From: Octopus sinensis
Taxonomy: Eukaryota
Assembly (NCBI RefSeq): GCF_006345805.1
Contig: NC_043004.1
Location: 49,848,001-49,912,000, forward strand
Length of the DNA stretch: 64,000 nt
Direction: 5' to 3'
Position 1 is the first letter of the stretch; each line of letters begins with the position of its first letter. Below, one piece after another: positions 12,770 through 26,389 of the stretch. The notes under the pieces are model-generated. The model did no database searches. It was not told where the DNA came from and was given only the letters and a program-made list of their open reading frames with translations. Both the position numbers and the translations under genes were made by a program.

Positions 12770-13455
12770 ATGAGAAAAATTTCTGCCAGGATCAGATGGA
12801 GAACACGGCAAAACTGTTGGCCTGCCGTGTCCCCAACACTTGTACCGAGAGTGAAAAAAATCAAGCATCCAGTCAACATCATGTTGTTTGGAGTGATCAC
12901 TAGTGATGGCAACGTTATGCCGCCATTCATCTCCCCACGCTACAAAACACTCAACACGGAGGTCTACATCAAATGCCTGGAGGAGGCAGTGATGCCCTGG
13001 GTAGTTGCTGGAAGACCCTATGTCTGGCAACAGGACTCTGCGCCATGTCTCACAAGCAGAACCTAGTCATGGCTGTCAGACAATTTCTGCGACCACATCA
13101 CCCCTGGCATCTGGTCGCTGAACTCTCCAGACTACAACCTCGGTTATTATGTGTGGGGCACAGTTGAGTGAGAGACCAATAAAAACTCCTTGTAACATCA
13201 AAGATGAACTGAAGGCAAGGATTATGGCAGCGTTCACCAACTTAAACAAAGAGACCGCCCAGAAGAGCTGTAGGAAATTCCAAAGTCGTCTGGAGACCAT
13301 AGTTGAAGCCAATAGCAATTATATTGAAAAAAATTTACTCTTTAATATTTAAAGATATTTTTATGTAATTTTCGTAAGTATATCTGTTGAAATGAAATGT
13401 CCATGTTATTTTCCTTTTTGCGTAACTTAGACAACAGTTTATTCACTGCACCCTG
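12770..13455 (+). mobile_element. maT/Bmmar1-type (DD37D) transposon, 3' half with right TIR
   Basis: IMLFGVITSDGNVMPP...WQQDSAPC...; ends CAGTTTATTCACTGCACCCTG|TA. Related copies at 44124 and 51440. Confidence 0.85.
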
Positions 13456-13468
13456 TATATATACACAG

Positions 13469-14708
13469 ACATGAAAGAAGTAAACAGACACCCTTATAAT
13501 CATTAAAATTTATTTAAATCTGATATTATACATTCAAATTATTTGTTAGTTGTTATAATGTGAACATTTAATATTTAGTAGACATGCTCTTTGCATTTTT
13601 CAATACAAGGGCCCTATTAGGCATGTTACTGATCAGATGGTGAATATTCTCTTGCGGAATTTCTTGCTAAGTTTCATGCTAAAATCTCAAAAGATCTGGC
13701 TTTGAAGATGCTTTCTTGTTGTGTTTGTGAAATTTCCTGTCCATTATGCCCCATGGGTGTTCTATAGGGTTCATATCTGGTAACTGGCTTGGCTATTGAA
13801 GCTTTCTAATGCCATTCTTTTCCAACAAAACTTGGGTCATTTTAACCGTGTGACTAGGAATCCCATCTTCCATAAATAGTCTTCTTTAATCATTTCACCA
13901 ATGGAGAAGTTTGGAAGGAGTTCTTTCTGCAATATGGACACATATTTATTTGAGTTTATCTTTCCCTCACACTCCACCAGCTCTGATCAACCATTGCTCC
14001 AAATTGTTTCCCAGACCATCACAAAATAGCTGCTGTGTTTCATTGCTGGTTGCAATCTTTTCCCATCAAATTCATGAGCACAGAGTCTCCAGACCCACAC
14101 TCGCCCACTGTTAGGAAATGCAGCAAATCTAGACTCATCAGAGAATGACAGTGTCCCAAAATGCTAATGGCCTCTCCATCATCTCACTGGCTTAATCCTT
14201 TCTCCGCGTCATATTCGCTGGTCAAAGATGTGGCGTCCATCTTCCTACTCTGCCATAGTAACCAAGTTTGTGGAGATACCTGACAGCTGTTCTGGGACTG
14301 ACATCAACTTGCTCTGTTATGTCAGAGGTCTTGCAACGAGGACTATCCTCCAAACTTCTCTTAGAAAAGAGAAGGGTCCTGTCAGAGGGCCCTGGTTGAT
14401 CGGGACAAGGTGATGTGGACTCCTTCCCTTCTCTGGTGAATTGCACAATCACTCTATTAACTGTAGAAAGCAGGATCCGAAGGTTTTCTGCGATTTTACG
14501 CTGACTATATCCACCTTCAGAATGACTCACAATATGGCCAATTTGAAATTCAGGCAGTTCCAAGGCCTCTTTTGTACATGGCATGATTAAACAGCCACAT
14601 ATAGAATCTGAAACATAAAAATGTCAATTAATAAGAAATATAAACCTTTACAAGTTAGAATAAACATAAAACAATATTTTATGGGGTGTCTATTTACTTC
14701 TAACATGT
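13469..14708 (-). mobile_element. Full-extent Tc1-family element with a pseudogenised transposase
   Basis: ORF 14222-14584 is HTH-like ([12 protein letters not shown]); downstream ILSDESRF, VMVW and PDMNPIE motifs carry stops. Terminal inverted repeats ACATGAAAGAAGTAAACAGACACCC / GGGGTGTCTATTTACTTCTAACATGT. Confidence 0.85.
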
Positions 14709-14733
14709 GTGTGTATACATATATGTATGTATG

Positions 14734-14798
<65 letters not shown>

Positions 14799-14800
<2 letters not shown>

Positions 14801-15122
14801 AAATATAAGGAATGCCATAATAGGACATTCGACTCACTAGAAAGAGCAGCCAAACTCAAACCGCTAATAGTTGTAATTCTGAAATCGAAAGAGAAATAAA
14901 AACGTTTGCCCTTTCATCTCTGGACTATGCATAGTTTCAGCAAAACTTTGGTAAACAATTGTTTACCAAAGTTTGCTGAAACTATGCATAGTCCAGAGAT
15001 GAAAGGGGCAAACGTTTTTATTTCTCTTTCGATTTCAGAATTACAACTATTAGCGGTTTGAGTTTGGGCTTGCTTTTCTAGTGTGAGTCGAATGTCCTAT
15101 TATGGCCATTCCTTATATTTTT
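14799..15122. repeat. Spacer-less palindrome, ~160-bp arms
   Basis: Centre CAATTG at 14956-14961; arms complementary out to AAAAATATAAGG / CCTTATATTTTT. Confidence 0.95.
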
Positions 15123-15233
15123 GATTGTATATTAATAGTCTTTGACTATCCTTCTTTCTCGCTGGACCGCTGGTAGCGGAGAATTTTTTCTAGAATTTTT
15201 TGCTACCCTTATTTATTAATATTATATATATAT

Positions 15234-15265
<32 letters not shown>

Positions 15266-15283
15266 CATACATACATAATACAT

Positions 15284-15357
<74 letters not shown>

Positions 15358-15436
15358 TATATATATATTTTTTTGTTCTGGTTTTTTTGTTTTTCAGTTT
15401 CAAGCTCTTGAGCTGTGGCCATGCTGGGCACCGCCA

Positions 15437-15591
15437 TTGTGGTGAAAGAGTACGCAGGGATCACCAACCCTGCCGGAGCCTCGTAGAGCTTTTAGGTGTT
15501 TCGCTCAATAAACACACACAAACGCCCGGTCTGAGAATCGAAACCCGATCCTGCGACCGCGAGTCTGCTGCCCTAACCACTAGGCCATTGC
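15437..15591 (-). mobile_element. SINE family D, 5' part
   Basis: Colinear with the head of the 38875-39164 copy. Confidence 0.8.
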
Positions 15592-15651
15592 TATGATGTG
15601 TATGTGTATGTGTTTGTGTGCATATGTATATTTATGTTTTGTGTGTGGGTG

Positions 15652-15695
<44 letters not shown>

Positions 15696-17074
15696 TTATT
15701 AAAATTTTACAAAGAAAAGGATGTTAAAGACTGGAGTTTCGGCTTTGTCACCTTCGTCAGACTCTAACTTTATTTGGATTCCGTTTGGTTTCACACAAAC
15801 TCTTACGAGGTGAGTGTCTTTAAGAGGAAGGAGGAACTATATGAAATGATGAGTAAATGTTGTATCGATAGAGCGAGGAAGCAGGAAGGAGAAATATCGA
15901 GAGTGAGTTAGAGAGAGAGAGGGGGGGGGAGAAATAATATAAAGTCTGAGTTTTACTTCTGTTTCTGTATCATCTAAGTTCGAACCCTTTCAGAGACGTT
16001 TGAAGATTTTATCTTCACACGAATGCTACAACACACACGCACACACACACACACACACTAAATTACACTATATAAATATAAACATAGAATATATACATAA
16101 TGTATACATACATTTATCTATCTATTTATCTCCCTATCTATCTCTACTTCTCTTTATATATGATATATATATTATATATATATATATATATAGAATATAT
16201 ATATATAAAATACATACATACACATAATACATACATACATACATACATACATACATACATACATACATACATACATACATACATACATACATACATACGT
16301 ATAAATTTATGTACGTATACTTATATTCAGTCAGTTTATCTGTTAGATATGACAGACGTAAAACGCGTGCGAAAGTCGTGTCCGAATTAAGTTGAATACG
16401 TTGGAAGAAAAAATACTAAGATACGATTGATGCGGGCAAATATATTGTATTGCACGTGTGTATAATTGGCCTCGTTCTCAGGTAAGGCTCGACGTCTGAC
16501 GCATGCTTACTGAGTGCCGTTGGTAAGTAAGTAGGGAAGTAATACTGTGGGAAATAGGGGGAAGCGAAATATGGATATGGAAAATTATTGGAGTGGGGGT
16601 GGGGAAATCAAGGCAAAAAATGTAGGAGGAAAATGTGGAAGAAGAAGAGTATGGGGGGGGGGTTAGAGAGGGAGAGAACGATGGATGAAGAGAAGTGAGG
16701 TAGGAGTTGGGAGTCTTAAGGAGTGAGATGGATGGGAAGAGATTGTGGTGAGATGAAAGAAAAGTAGTGGAGATAGAGTGTGATGAGAGAGAGATGGACG
16801 AGAGAGAGAGAGATGTGGACGAGAGAGAGAGAGAGATTTGGACGAGAGAGAGAGAGATGTGGACGAGAAAGAGAGAGAGAGAGAAGAAAGGCAAGGCTAT
16901 AGCGTGTATAGAGGCTATAGCGTTTGTGTGTACATCTTTATCGCTTTTTACTTGGGCTACAACCATGCTGGGGCACCGCCTTGAAAGGTTTTGGACCCCT
17001 TTGATTCCTTACTCGGGTAGACCCCCATGGCTCTTTGATGTTTAAAAAAGTATTATTATATTTTTATTATTAGT

Positions 17075-17392
17075 CCCACTGCATGGTACCTTGGACAAGT
17101 GTCTTCTGCTATAGCCCCGGGCCGACCAAAGCCTCGTGAGTGGATTTGGTAGACGGAAACTGAAAGAAGCCCGTCGTATATATGTATATATATATGTATG
17201 TGTGTGTATATGTTTGTGTGTCTGTGTCTGTCCCCCCCCCCAACATTGCTTGGCAACCGATGCTTAGCGGTTCGGCAAAACAGACCGATAGAATAAGTAC
17301 TAGGCTTACAAAGAATTAATCCTGAGGTCGATTTGCACGACTAAAGGCGGTGCTCCAGCATGGCTACAGTCATAAAACTGAAACAAGAAAAA
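17075..17392 (+). mobile_element. SINE family A, 5'-truncated
   Basis: Colinear with the 8305 copy. Confidence 0.85.
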
Positions 17393-17424
17393 AGAGTAAA
17401 TATTATTAAAAACTGTATTTTCTC

Positions 17425-17646
17425 TTTTACTCTTTTATTTGTTTCAATCATTTGGCTGCGGGCATGCTGGAGCGCCACCTTTAGTCGAGCAAATTGAGCC
17501 CAGGACTTATTCTTTGGAAGCCTAGTACTTATTCTATCGGTCTGTTTTGCCGAACCGGTAAGTTACGGGGACGTAAACACACCAGCATCGGCTGTCAAGC
17601 GATGTTGGGGAGGGGGACAAACTCCGACACACAAATACACACACAA

Positions 17647-17679
<33 letters not shown>

Positions 17680-17710
17680 CATATATATATATATATTATA
17701 TATATATATA

Positions 17711-17741
<31 letters not shown>

Positions 17742-17836
17742 CACATATATACGACGGGCTTCTTTCAGTCTCCGCTACCAAATCCCTCACAAGGCCTTGG
17801 TCGGCCCGAGGCTATAGTAGAAGACACTTGCCCAAG
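17425..17836 (-). mobile_element. SINE family A, 5'-truncated, with expanded internal (TA)n/(CA)n
   Basis: Reverse-complement match to family A. Confidence 0.85.
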
Positions 17837-18306
17837 TGGGAATAAACCCGGAATAATGAACTCCTGCGCCTAAGAGGTAATGGTGGAGGTGGACTGCCGA
17901 AACCAGGATTAAAAAATATGTTAAAATATTTCGCTCATCGTAGGGGTATAAACAATTTATTGCGTATAAATTTTATCAACAAAGTCTTAAATGGACCCCG
18001 GTTGAGAACCACTGGTTTAGTCGAACAAATCCACCCGTCTACCTCTTTTGTTTTTTTTTCAAGCCTGATACTTATGTTATTGGACGCTTTTTGCCGAACC
18101 GCTAACTTATGGGGTTGTTAGCAAACCAACATCAGTTGTTAAGTAGTGCGGAGAGGAAACAGACGCGCGCGCGCGCACACACTGTTTCCTACCAAATTTA
18201 TCCTCTTGCCAAAGGTACCGTGCGGTGGGATTGGACACACAACCACATGGTTGCAAAGCGAGCTTCTTAACCACACACCCATACTTGCGCTTTTAATCTC
18301 ATGATT

Positions 18307-18350
<44 letters not shown>

Positions 18351-18842
18351 GGTTTCCTTGTCCTTTTACTGCTTTTATCTTTATTTGTACTGTTTTTTTC
18401 TTCATTTGTATTGTTTTTACGTCCTGTTCTTGTCACTTTTTTTAACCCCTCCGCAAAAATTTTTTACTTAATTCATTTTGCGGGAAGGATCGCTTCGACG
18501 TGGTTGTGTTCTGCCCTTACCTTCGACACACGCATTGAGTCGAAACAGGGGCAGCTGAAGATGGGGAATGTTCCTTGTGTTGTTTGTCTTGTACTCTGTT
18601 TTTTCGTTGTTAAAAAAAATCCGTTTCCTTGTTTGGTTTTATGTTTTCGTTTCTCGTGTTCTACGTTTATTTGTGGTGTCCTGTACCCATATATGCATGT
18701 ATATATACATATAAATGTAGGTATGTACATAATGTATGTATGCATATGTTTTATTTTTAAATTTTATAATATATATATATATATATTATATATATATATA
18801 TATTATATATACGCGAGAAAGAAGCAACAAGAATGGATAGGT

Positions 18843-18933
18843 TTTTAGTACAATCGTTTCATACAAGGACAGGCTTTATTAAAAGTTGCAAAAATTACAG
18901 CATATAAACCTGTCCCGTACTCATCAGCTAAAA
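18843..18933 (-). ncRNA. Type I hammerhead ribozyme fold
   Basis: TTTTAG-CTGATGA-GTACGGGACAGG...CCTGTCCTTGTAT-GAAAC-GATT-GTA-CTAAAA: 6-bp stem I, full core, long stem II, stem III with tetraloop, GUA cleavage triplet. Confidence 0.75.
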
Positions 18934-19275
18934 TACATGTGAGTTCTCTAGACATCCTAGTGGTTGAGGCTATACTCATGAAGTAATGTAGATAATTAAG
19001 TAACATAAACAGAATTCTTACATTTAAAAATTGAAACACTTCATACTGTGAGTATGTAATCCCTCCTCATATCTCTGGAAATTCATATGTGCACTATGGA
19101 TTAGGTCACCTTCTCTGTGATGCTATTAAAACTTTTTTAAAATTCTGTGATAAGACTGTACATCATCTTTAAAGAACTTTAATGAACTTTGGAAATCTGT
19201 TTATGTTACTTGATTATCTACATTACTTCATGAGTATAGCCTCAACCACTAGGATGTCTAGAGAACTCACATGTA

Positions 19276-19363
19276 TTTAGCTGATGAGTACGGGACCGTT
19301 TATATGCTGTAATTTTTGCACCTTTTAATAAAGCCTGTCCTTGTATGAAACGATTGTACTAAA
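19276..19363 (+). ncRNA. Type I hammerhead ribozyme fold (mirror copy)
   Basis: TTTAG-CTGATGA-GTACGGGAC...GTCCTTGTAT-GAAAC-GATT-GTA-CTAAA; core intact, distal stem II slightly damaged. Confidence 0.7.
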
Positions 19364-19514
19364 AACCTATCCATTCTTGTTGCTTCTTTCTCGCTTATAA
19401 TCACCCCACATTACTGTATTGTTAAAACAGTATAGTTTTTTTTTTTGGTGCATCTAAGTTAGGTACCATATTCAAGTAAATTCATTTAAATTAACTTGAA
19501 TCTTTATTGCTTTT

Positions 19515-19556
<42 letters not shown>

Positions 19557-20526
19557 ATATATATATATATCGCTTTTATCTGTTATTACAACGCAAGGAA
19601 TTTAGTTATCAAATGGTTATGAAGTATTATTATATGTTTAAACTATAATACACTTCATAACTTAGTCGTTTCTATTACATGAATGGGAGCTACGGCGTAA
19701 TTAAATTTATCTTCTATTGTCTGAACGTATTCGTTTCTGATAAATTCAGATTCAAACTGTCGGATTGAATCAGGAGAAACGTATTTCTGATACGGATGAT
19801 GATGAAGTATAAACCCAGCTTTTTGAGATATTGAGAGGGAGAGACATTCAAAGAGAGTTTATGTTTCGGCAACAAAATTCTTACATTTAAAAATTGAAAC
19901 ACTTCATACTGTTTGTTTTAACTTTATTCTTTTAACTTTATTCGTGTTTAAGTTCGTCGTAATTTTGAGGCCATGGCTATGTTGTTCATAGATATGATGA
20001 ATATAAATGGTTCCCGTAAACCCACCGCAGTTCTATGATTGAAACAAGTAAAAGATAGAAGGAAAAGAATCTGGGACAAAAAAGATGATCCTTAATCGTA
20101 AATAGCCATTATCACTGACATTCCATTCATAACGTAACCATCTTTCTTTTCCATTTCTCTTTTTTTTTTTGCAAGAAATGTTGTATTTACGACTATATTT
20201 AGTGAATCTTCTCTTCCTTTTTTCGATGTGGTATTATTTGAATGACATTTGACATACACTAATGAATACTATTGCTCCAGGCATGGCCTTGTGGTAAGAA
20301 GTTTGCTTCCTAACCACATTGGCTCCAGGTTCATCCTACTGAGTGACACCTTGGGCAAGTGTCTTTAACTATAGCCTCGGGTCGACCAGAGTATCGTGGG
20401 TGTATTTGGTAGACAAAAATTGAAAGAAACCTCTCTCTCTCTCTCTCTCTCTTTCTCACACACACACACATACACACACACACACGTACATACATACATA
20501 CATACATACATACATACATACATACA

Positions 20527-20562
<36 letters not shown>

Positions 20563-20950
20563 TGTGTGTGTGTGTATAGATTATTGTTGGAATTTACAAA
20601 AAAAAAGACGAAGACGGGTGTGTAAACAGCAAACAGATGTATTAGTTTAACGCTCGGCAAGTGAGAAAGTCTTTTACATTTCGAATCTACGTTCTTCAAC
20701 AGAAAAGAACACAGAAATAAGCAGAGAGAGAGAAAATCAAAAAGGGTTTAGTGGCTAGCGATCAATCATGGCGAAAGCCTGACAGAAGTGGTCAGACAGA
20801 AGAGCTAGGAAGAAGGGGAGATAAAAAAAGTAGTGGTGATCCCAGAACGAAGGTGCGAGTACGTGTGTATGTGTGTGGATAGGGGCTTATGACTTTGACG
20901 TGTGTGTGTGTGTGCGCATGTTTAGGTGTGTGAATGATGGTGTGGGTGCT

Positions 20951-21183
20951 GGCAGCGAGTTGGCAGAAACGTTAGCACGCCGGACGAAATGTGTAGCCGT
21001 ATTTCGTCTGCCGTTACGTTCTGAGTTCAAATTCCGCCGAGGTCGACTGTGCCTTTCATCCTTTCGGGGTCGATAAATTAAGTACCAGTTACGCACTGGG
21101 GTCGATATAATCGACTTAATCCATTTGTCTGTCCTTGTTTGTTCCCTCTGTGTTTAGCCCCTTGTGGGTAGTAAAGAAATAGG
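20951..21183 (+). mobile_element. SINE family B with apparent target-site duplication
   Basis: Flanked by GGTGTGGGTGCT (20939-20950) and GGTGTAGGTGCT (21182-21193). Confidence 0.88.
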
Positions 21184-21857
21184 TGTAGGTGCTGGCAAGT
21201 GGTCAGTACTAGTGTGTGCGAGATGGTGTGATGTGGTGTGGTGCGGTTTGGTGGTGTGTTTTGTGGTAAGATGTGGTGTGGTTTTGTGGTGGTGTTGGGG
21301 TGAGAGGGAGGTGAGTGTGGGGGAAGCAAGGGTGGGTGTAGGTTGGTTAGGGGTGCGTATATGGAAGTGGGTATGAGGGTGGTGGTGGCGTATGTGGGAG
21401 TGGAATATGTGGGATGGGATGTATAAGGATGGTGGGGTGGGAATGTGTAGGGGTGGGGTAACTATGGAGGGGTGACGATGAAGGGAGAGGGTGGAAGGGA
21501 GAAGGTGGGTAGGAGTGAAGAGAGGAAGTATGTATCAGAGCAAGAGAGGAGTGGTGGGTGGGAGTAAAGGGAGGAAATAGGTGTGAGAGGAAGAGAGGAA
21601 AGAGGAGGGGAGGAGAGTTGAACCTATGTGACGCAAAGCAGCGAAGAGAGAAGATTAATTCTTGTTCACGGCGAAGACGGGTGTCCGGATGGCCCCTGTG
21701 CAAGGACAATCCGAACACAGACGAGTGTTGTAAAGAGTGACCGGTAGAGCGGAAAATGGCGCGAGACGGGATGTCGTTGCCGAGCCTGTGATGAGCCTGA
21801 GTGACGCTGATGTCCTGGAGTCGCCTCTGAGATTATATATATGTATATATTATATAT

Positions 21858-21936
<79 letters not shown>

Positions 21937-22318
21937 CTATATATATATATATATACATACATACATACAAACAGTGTGTGTGGTGTGTGTGTGTTTATCC
22001 CCCACAACTGCTGAACACCTGTGTCTGTGTGTTTACGTCTCCATAACTTAGCAGTTCAGCAAAAGAGACCCGAAGGAATAAGTAACAGTCTTTTTAAAAA
22101 CGTAATAAATCCTGATATTCTTCAAGGCAGTTCCTCAGCATGGCTGCAGTCTAATGACTGAAACAAGTAAGAGGAAAAAGATATATATTTTACAACAATC
22201 TTTTCTGTAGACCACATGCTTGTTTATATATCAATCTATACTATAGAATTACTTATCAGTCTATACTATAGACCATGCAAGGGTAACCTTCTACAAGAAG
22301 CAGGCCACATGAGAGATG

Positions 22319-23320
<1,002 letters not shown>

Positions 23321-23377
23321 ATCTGTGTATATATATATATATATATATATACACATACATATATATACTCTTTTTTT

Positions 23378-23758
23378 TTTTACTGTTTCAGTCATTTTGA
23401 CTGCGGCCATGCTGGGGCACCACCTTTAGTCGAGCAAATCGACCCCGGGACTTATTCTTTGTAAGCCCAGTACTTATTCTATCAGTCTCTTTTGCCGAAC
23501 CGCTAAGTGACGGGGACGTAAACACACCAGCATCAGTTGTCAAGCAATGCTAGGGGGACAAACACAGACACACAAACACACACACATACATATATATATA
23601 CGACAGGCTTCTTTCAGTTTCCGTCTACCAAATCCACTCACAAGGCATTGGTCGACCCGGGGCTATAGCAGAAGACACTTGCCCAAGATGCCACGCAGAG
23701 GGACTGAACCCGGAACCATGTGGTTGGTTAGCAAGCTACTTACCACACAGCCACTCCT
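23378..23758 (-). mobile_element. SINE family A, near full length
   Basis: Close match to the 9310 copy. Confidence 0.9.
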
Positions 23759-23953
23759 GATATATATATCTTAATGATTAATTTAACCTTAACCGATTGA
23801 TGCTAACTACTTGATAAAATCTAATATAGATTTTAATTTATAATATATATATAAAGTTAATCCAAACATGAAAACACAAAGAGAAAACACAACGCGAGGA
23901 CGTGGAACAAGTATAGTATTATTGGACGCTCAGGAAAGAAGGAAAGAAGAAGG

Positions 23954-23988
23954 GTTTAACGTTTCGAGCGGAGCTCTTCGTCAGAAAC
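23954..23988 (-). ncRNA. Minimal type I hammerhead motif (PLE type, palindromic stem III)
   Basis: GTTT-CTGACGA-A-GAGC-TCC-GCTC-GAAACGT-T-AAAC. Confidence 0.6.
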
Positions 23989-24069
23989 ATAGGAAAAGGA
24001 AAGATCCAAAGAAGGGAAGACGGAGAAAAAAAAATCGCTAACGGTACACCGCAGTCACATTAATACTAC

Positions 24070-24111
<42 letters not shown>

Positions 24112-25148
24112 TATATAATATATATATATATATATGTATGTATATGTATGTATGTATATGTATGTATGTATGTATGTGTATACACGCACAAACACATGCA
24201 CACCCATATACACAACCACATACATATTTGCATCGGATGTATCAGTTTATACTGTAGTTTATGTAGTTGCATAAACTACATATTCTATACATGTTCATTC
24301 CATAGACTATATAGCTTTCTCTGTTATTAACTATACGTCTGTCTGTAAAATAGATTTAGTAGTAATTGTGCAATACACCTTATACCTGTATATCATCTTA
24401 AAGGACACATCTTAAAGTAATCTTAAATATATCGTAAAACATGAACTGTTTACTGTTGGAGTGGCCTTTGAAGAGTGGCCAGTTTGAAGAGGGTCAAGTT
24501 GGGATTAAACAACGACTAATAACACTACCATCGCAACCCACAGTCAATAACACCATCACCACCACCACCACCACTACAACAACAACAACGAGTACAAGAG
24601 CTACAACTACTACCACAACCACCACCACCATCATCAATGTCATAACTAACCTCGACGATATCCTGTCAAAACCACTACCAGCTCTACCGTCACTACTACC
24701 GCAACCATCACCAACACGAGCCCCTTCACCGACGACGACGCCCACCACCACCACACCACCACCACCACCACCGCCGCCACCACCACTATCACCACTACCA
24801 CGGATCCCTATACGGGTAGGTAATTAGTGCATTGTACGGTCCTACTAATATTACCGCTATCAGCATACCCGCATTACTAACACTGTTACGCTTTCGGTAT
24901 CCTCTGACTGAACTGGATTGTTATGGTAATAGTAGTAGTGGTTGTTGTGCTGCGATGCTGATAGCAGTGGTGGTGGTGGTAGTGGAAGTGGTAATGATGG
25001 GAGGGGTGATAATGGCAGTGGTGTGAGGGAATTGTTGTTGTTGTTGGTGGTAGTGGTGGTGACGCAATTGGTGATAGTGGCGTAGTGACGTTGATATTGG
25101 AAGCGTAATGTGACGGTGACAGCGTAGTTTTTTCGGTGGGGTGGTAAA

Positions 25149-25373
25149 GGCGGCGATCTGGCAGAAACGTTAGCGCGCCGGGCGAAATGCGTAGCCGTAT
25201 TTCGTCTGCCGTTACGTTCTGAGTTCAAATTCCGCCGAGGTTGACTTTGCCTTTCGGGGTCGATAAATTAAGTACCAGTTACGCACTGGGGTCGATATAA
25301 TCGACTTAATCCGTTTGTCTGTCCTTGTTTGTCCCCTCTGTGTTTAGCCCCTTGTGGGTAATAAAGAAATAGG
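25149..25373 (+). mobile_element. SINE family B
   Basis: Near-identical to the 20951 copy. Confidence 0.88.
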
Positions 25374-26389
25374 TAATGGTGGTGGTTGTAGTGGGAATGG
25401 TGACCAGGGTGGTAGTGGCCGGAGTGGTGATAGCAATGATGGTGGTGGTGCTGCTGCTGGTGGCAGTAACGTGTGGTGCTAGAGAAAGTAGTAGTAGTAG
25501 TTGCAGGGTAGCAATGGCAACTGCGGCGGCGGTACTATTCAGCAGCGGCAGCAGCAGCAGCATTCAGCAGCAGCAGCAGCAACGGCAGCAACGGTCATAA
25601 TAGTAGCAGCAGCAGCAGCAACGGCAGCAACCGCAATAATAGTAGTGACAGCAGCAGCAGAAGAAGCAGAAGAAGAAGAAGAAGAAGCAGAAGAAGAAGA
25701 AGAAGAAGAAGAAGAAGAAGAAGAAGAAGAAGAAGAAGAAGAGAAGAAGAAGAAGTTGTACTGATAGACATAAGCAGATCCTTATATGATATGTAAAGAA
25801 AGCGCTCCAGCTAGGACCTTCCTCCCATACAATACTTCATTATCAAATGTGTTATAAACTTACCTTTAAAACAGTGGGGGTGGGGATGATTTGAGATAGA
25901 TTTAACTGCTAATTCTAGAAGGTTGAGTTCTCTCGTTGAACCGTGGTGATGATGAGGGATGATGTGTGATGGCGGTTGTGGGGTTTGGGTGCGATGGTAA
26001 TGATAGTGGGGGTAGAGGTAGCAGTGTGTAATGGTGACGGTGATGGTGGATTTGATGTGTGGTGGTGAGGGTAATAGCGATGGGGGTGGTAACAATGGTG
26101 GCTGAAGCTGTGGTAGCGATAATGTAAATAAAATGACGACGCAAAATGGACAATCTATCATCGATAACAAGAAAGGCAAAACAATATATAAAGAATGCAG
26201 CAGCCAGCAAGTGTCAATGTAAGTGGCCCTGGTCAGTGAAGTGTGGGAAGGAAGGTCAAACATGTTTGGCTTTGATAGTCGAATTGAAGCGTAAGGTAGA
26301 CACCGCCAATTGTTCCCAAGGTATTTATCTACGATGTAGGCCAATGGATAAAGATGTCTATATACATTATAATAAAATAAATGCGCCCT

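Larger units (their letters stand above)
18813..19394. mobile_element. Inverted-repeat element (arms 18813-19013 and 19196-19394), each arm carrying a hammerhead fold
   Basis: Arms are near-identical reverse complements ending GCGAGAAAG / CTTTCTCGC. Confidence 0.9.

Noticed and set aside
24420-26150. Thr/Pro/Ala/Glu-rich ORFs resembling mucin or low-complexity proteins
   Set aside because: Degenerate (CAC)n, (CAG)n and (GAA)n repeats interrupted by a SINE, with no splice or homology support.
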